DNA from: Gammaproteobacteria bacterium
GTDB taxonomy: Bacteria; Pseudomonadota; Gammaproteobacteria; Eutrophobiales; Eutrophobiaceae
Direction: 5' to 3'
Length of the DNA: 64,000 nucleotides
Assembly (NCBI GenBank): GCA_965115915.1
Contig: OZ220483.1
Location: forward strand, 1,211,067 to 1,275,066
Shown in pieces: positions 61,322 to 64,000 of the stretch (positions are counted from its first letter, which is position 1; every line of letters starts with the position of its first letter). The position numbers were made by a program, and so were the translations under genes. The notes under the pieces are model-generated. The model was not told where the DNA came from. It saw only the letters and a program-made list of their open reading frames with translations, and did no database searches.

Positions 61322-61758
61322 GCTGTCGGTTTCAGCTTATTGATCTTGCCAAGCAAACGCCGATATGGCCCCTTCAATACCTCCATGGCCTTCTGCTTAT
61401 ACGCGGCGATAGTATCGGCCGATATGTCGCCGACCACAATCAGGCCAACCATGCCAAAACCAATATGTGGGACACAAACGTACGCATAGATGCCCGGCAT
61501 CTCGAGATTCACGACAATGTCCTCTCCCATCTTCCCGCTCCAGTGTTCCGCTCCTTCCGGGATCAGCCCTTCAACCGATACTGCATTGTGCGATACCATC
61601 TTGGTGAACTTGACGCTATCCCCCGGTGCCGTATAAATGATGGCAGGTTCGAACGCACGGGCAGACGCCTTGATGATGTGCGAATCAGCGGTGGCTGTCG
61701 ACAAGGAAGCCAATACCATGGTCGTAGCGAACAAAATATTGCTTACAATTTTCATCAT
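61318..61758 (-). CDS. pseudoazurin (type 1 blue copper protein)
   Basis: ORF 61318..61773, probable start MMKIVSN at 61758. Colinear with Paracoccus/Alcaligenes pseudoazurins: FEPA..PGD.V.F....SHN....G.IPEG.E...PGIY.Y.CxPHxxxGMVGLIVVGD. His, Cys, His and Met ligands are all present. Confidence 0.88.
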   Translation of the reverse strand: MMKIVSNILFATTMVLASLSTATADSHIIKASARAFEPAIIYTAPGDSVKFTKMVSHNAVSVEGLIPEGAEHWSGKMGEDIVVNLEMPGIYAYVCVPHIGFGMVGLIVVGDISADTIAAYKQKAMEVLKGPYRRLLGKINKLKPTA

Positions 61759-61926
61759 TCCAAAACACTCCAAAAAATATTGCGAAATCCAACGCCTTCA
61801 AGCTTTTGATGATACCACAACCACCCTGGCACAGTAGCCTGGACTATCCCAGGCGGCTTGTTTGACCAATAACACCATCCTGGCATCAACAAAACAGATA
61901 CGAAGCACCGAGGGGAAACCACACAC

Positions 61927-61960
61927 AAAAAAACCGGCACCTGAAAAAACAGGTGCCGGT
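61927..61960 (-). terminator. rho-independent terminator downstream of xoxF
   Basis: Minus strand: ACCGGCACCTG-TTTTTT-CAGGTGCCGGT followed by TTTTTTT. A perfect 11-bp GC-rich stem, about 50 nt after the xoxF stop. Confidence 0.8.
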
Positions 61961-62010
61961 TCTGTACTACCTTCCGCGAGGAAAAACTCCCGCGATACTT
62001 CCCCGGCCTG

Positions 62011-63960
62011 TTACGGCAGGCTGAACACCATCAGAATGCCTGCATTCCGAGATGAGTTCAGCAACTTGCGATAGCCACCGACCGCACCCAGCGCAGCCGC
62101 ATCAGGCGCTGCCGCAAGGCCTTCGATGGACACTACCGCACCAGCCCAACCACCAATACCGGAAAGCACACCGACATACTGCTTGCCCTTGTGCATCCAG
62201 GAATGGAAATTGCCGATGATGCCGGACGGTGCCTTGAACTTCCACAGCAACTTGCCATTTCTGGCATCTACCGCCTTGGCATAGGCATCCAGAGTGCCGT
62301 AGAAAACAACGTCACCCTCAGTGCTGAGGACACCGGACCATACCGACCACTGTTCCGGGATCGACCAGACGATCTTGCCCTTGTCGGCATCCCAGGCAAT
62401 CATGTTGCCCATATTGTCCTTGTCCGCATTGTTGTTCGGACATTCCGGGCATACGGCACCGGCAGGATACATGGTCAGATTGGCATTGACATAGGCCTGG
62501 CCAGCAACATATTCGTTGCCACCCGCGGCATACGACACCGGCTCATAGGTCATGCACACATGGTTGGTAGGCACATAGAACAGCCCGGTACGCGGGCTAT
62601 AGGCAGCAGGCTGCTGGTCCTTGGTGCCCAACGCGGCAGGACAAATGTCCTTCGAAACGACATCCTCACCATTGTAGTGTGTGCTGTACTTGTTGACCGT
62701 CTGCGGATAACCGGTCTTCATGTCAACATGGGTCGCCCAGTTGACCGCCGGGTCGAATTTTTCAGCGACCAGCAGTTCACCGCTAATGCGATCCATGGTG
62801 TAGGCAAAACCATTCCGGTCAAAATGCACCAGAGCCTTGCGCATTTTTCCCTTGACCTTCATATCCACCAGGATCATCTCGTTGACACCATCATAGTCCC
62901 ACTCATCGTGAGGGGTCATCTGATAAGCCCAGCGAGCCATGCCGGTATCAATGTCACGGGCAAACATGGTCATTGACCATTTATTATCACCCGGACGGAC
63001 CACAGGGTTCCAAGTAGACGGATTACCCGAACCATAGTACAGCAGGTTCTCCTTGAAGTCCGCAGGCCACCAGCCCCAGGTCGAACCGCCGCCAGTCCTC
63101 CAGGCGTCGCTCAGGCCCTTACATGAGTTGGGAGCGGTCGCAGGTGCTTTCCAATCACTGTTCGAACACCAAGTCTTCAACGAAGAATCTTTCCCCACCG
63201 GCTTGCCCAGTGAAGTGGTTTTCTTCGGATCAAACAGGATGTCATCGTCAGGACCCATGCTGAAGGCACGCCAAGCCAATTTCCCACTCTTGGCATGGTA
63301 CGCAGCGAGCCAGCAACGGACACCGAACTCGGCACCGGAACAACCGGTAATCACCTTGTCCTTCATCGGATGCGGTGCATTCGTCGCAGTGTTCCCGGAA
63401 GCCGGGCCACCACCACCACGGCCGGGCACATCACGGCCATTTTCCGCACTCCACATCACCTTGCCCGTCTTGGCATCCAACGCAATCAGCGTGGTATCCG
63501 CCTGCTGCAGATAAATCTGACCCATGCTGTAACCCAGACCCCGGTTCACTATGTCGCAACACATGACCGGAACAGTCTCTTCCTCATCCTGCTGGGGTTC
63601 GTGGTACCACGTAATCTCCAGCGTATCCAAGTTGATTGCAAAAACATCGTTGGGAAAGGACGAATGGATATACAGCGTGTCATTCGGAAGACCCGTAGCA
63701 CTTGAGGGGAGTACCAGAGGGCCACCCTCATGCCCTTGCAACCGACCGGTGGAAAAGGTCCACGCCGTAATCAGGTCTTTGGCATTCCGGTTGTTGATCT
63801 GATTCAGCTTTGTGTGACGCCAATTCCAGTAGTTGCCGCCCGGGAAAGCCCAGTAATTCGGGTTTTCCGTCAGCTTCTGCACTTCTTTGTTTGCCAAAGC
63901 TGGGGCAGAAAGCCCTAATGCCAATATGGCACAGAGCCATTTCTTTACAGATATATTCAT
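62011..63960 (-). CDS. xoxF: PQQ-dependent methanol/alcohol dehydrogenase, XoxF (lanthanide) type
   Basis: ORF 62011..63987. Start [23 protein letters not shown] at 63960, preceded by GAGGAGG. Vicinal Cys pair [21 protein letters not shown] carries the extra Asp (DYD) diagnostic of Ln-dependent XoxF, against DYA in MxaF. Confidence 0.9.
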   Translation of the reverse strand: MNISVKKWLCAILALGLSAPALANKEVQKLTENPNYWAFPGGNYWNWRHTKLNQINNRNAKDLITAWTFSTGRLQGHEGGPLVLPSSATGLPNDTLYIHSSFPNDVFAINLDTLEITWYHEPQQDEEETVPVMCCDIVNRGLGYSMGQIYLQQADTTLIALDAKTGKVMWSAENGRDVPGRGGGGPASGNTATNAPHPMKDKVITGCSGAEFGVRCWLAAYHAKSGKLAWRAFSMGPDDDILFDPKKTTSLGKPVGKDSSLKTWCSNSDWKAPATAPNSCKGLSDAWRTGGGSTWGWWPADFKENLLYYGSGNPSTWNPVVRPGDNKWSMTMFARDIDTGMARWAYQMTPHDEWDYDGVNEMILVDMKVKGKMRKALVHFDRNGFAYTMDRISGELLVAEKFDPAVNWATHVDMKTGYPQTVNKYSTHYNGEDVVSKDICPAALGTKDQQPAAYSPRTGLFYVPTNHVCMTYEPVSYAAGGNEYVAGQAYVNANLTMYPAGAVCPECPNNNADKDNMGNMIAWDADKGKIVWSIPEQWSVWSGVLSTEGDVVFYGTLDAYAKAVDARNGKLLWKFKAPSGIIGNFHSWMHKGKQYVGVLSGIGGWAGAVVSIEGLAAAPDAAALGAVGGYRKLLNSSRNAGILMVFSLP

Positions 63961-64000
63961 GATTATGATTCCTCCTCGTTTAATCATCGACGTGATTAAC

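Noticed and set aside
62011-63987. Calling the PQQ dehydrogenase MxaF (calcium-dependent)
   Set aside because: The diagnostic position reads DYD, not DYA. No mxaI small-subunit gene follows it. Both observations favour XoxF.

Overview
A mostly housekeeping stretch of a gammaproteobacterial chromosome, moderately GC-rich, with about 58 protein genes and 2 tRNAs and almost no unassigned coding space. The order thrS-infC-rpmI-rplT-pheS-pheT-ihfA-merR-tRNA-Pro is the classical gammaproteobacterial arrangement. Core genes recognised by reading the ORF translations: rlmE (partial), greA, carBA, queF, era, gltX, leuCD, prc, NAD-type icd, ampDE, aceA, dapE, bolA/yciI/yciB, nadC, clpSA, ilvD, pgpA, glmS and the thrS-to-ihfA block. 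I saw no transposase, integrase, phage, CRISPR-cas or recognisable defence genes.

The regions that are not routine:
- **xoxF locus (59.6-64.0 kb).** A lanthanide-type (DYD motif) PQQ methanol/alcohol dehydrogenase is followed by a strong terminator. After that come a pseudoazurin in the slot normally held by cytochrome cL XoxG, then XoxJ, then an uncharacterised secreted 288-aa protein.
- **Mrp-like membrane module (14.0-19.2 kb).** It consists only of an MrpC/NuoK-like subunit, three paralogous antiporter-like subunits and a wedged 69-aa membrane ORF. MrpA-C-terminal/B/E/F/G partners are absent.
- **Repeat array (about 5.64-6.10 kb).** A roughly 460-bp degenerate, GC-rich tandem repeat array fills the divergent carA/queF intergenic region.
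- **Autotransporter (44.8-48.8 kb).** A 1327-aa protein whose passenger is built from Calx-beta/Ig-like modules with near-identical DNA repeats. An AT-rich block precedes it and a minimal copAB pair lies next to it.

Smaller observations are an orphan PP2C phosphatase inside the yciB-yciI-bolA-dapE string, a candidate 34-aa lipoprotein ORF abutting clpS, and the AUU start of infC. All calls rest on reading the translations and the DNA by eye. No database search was run.
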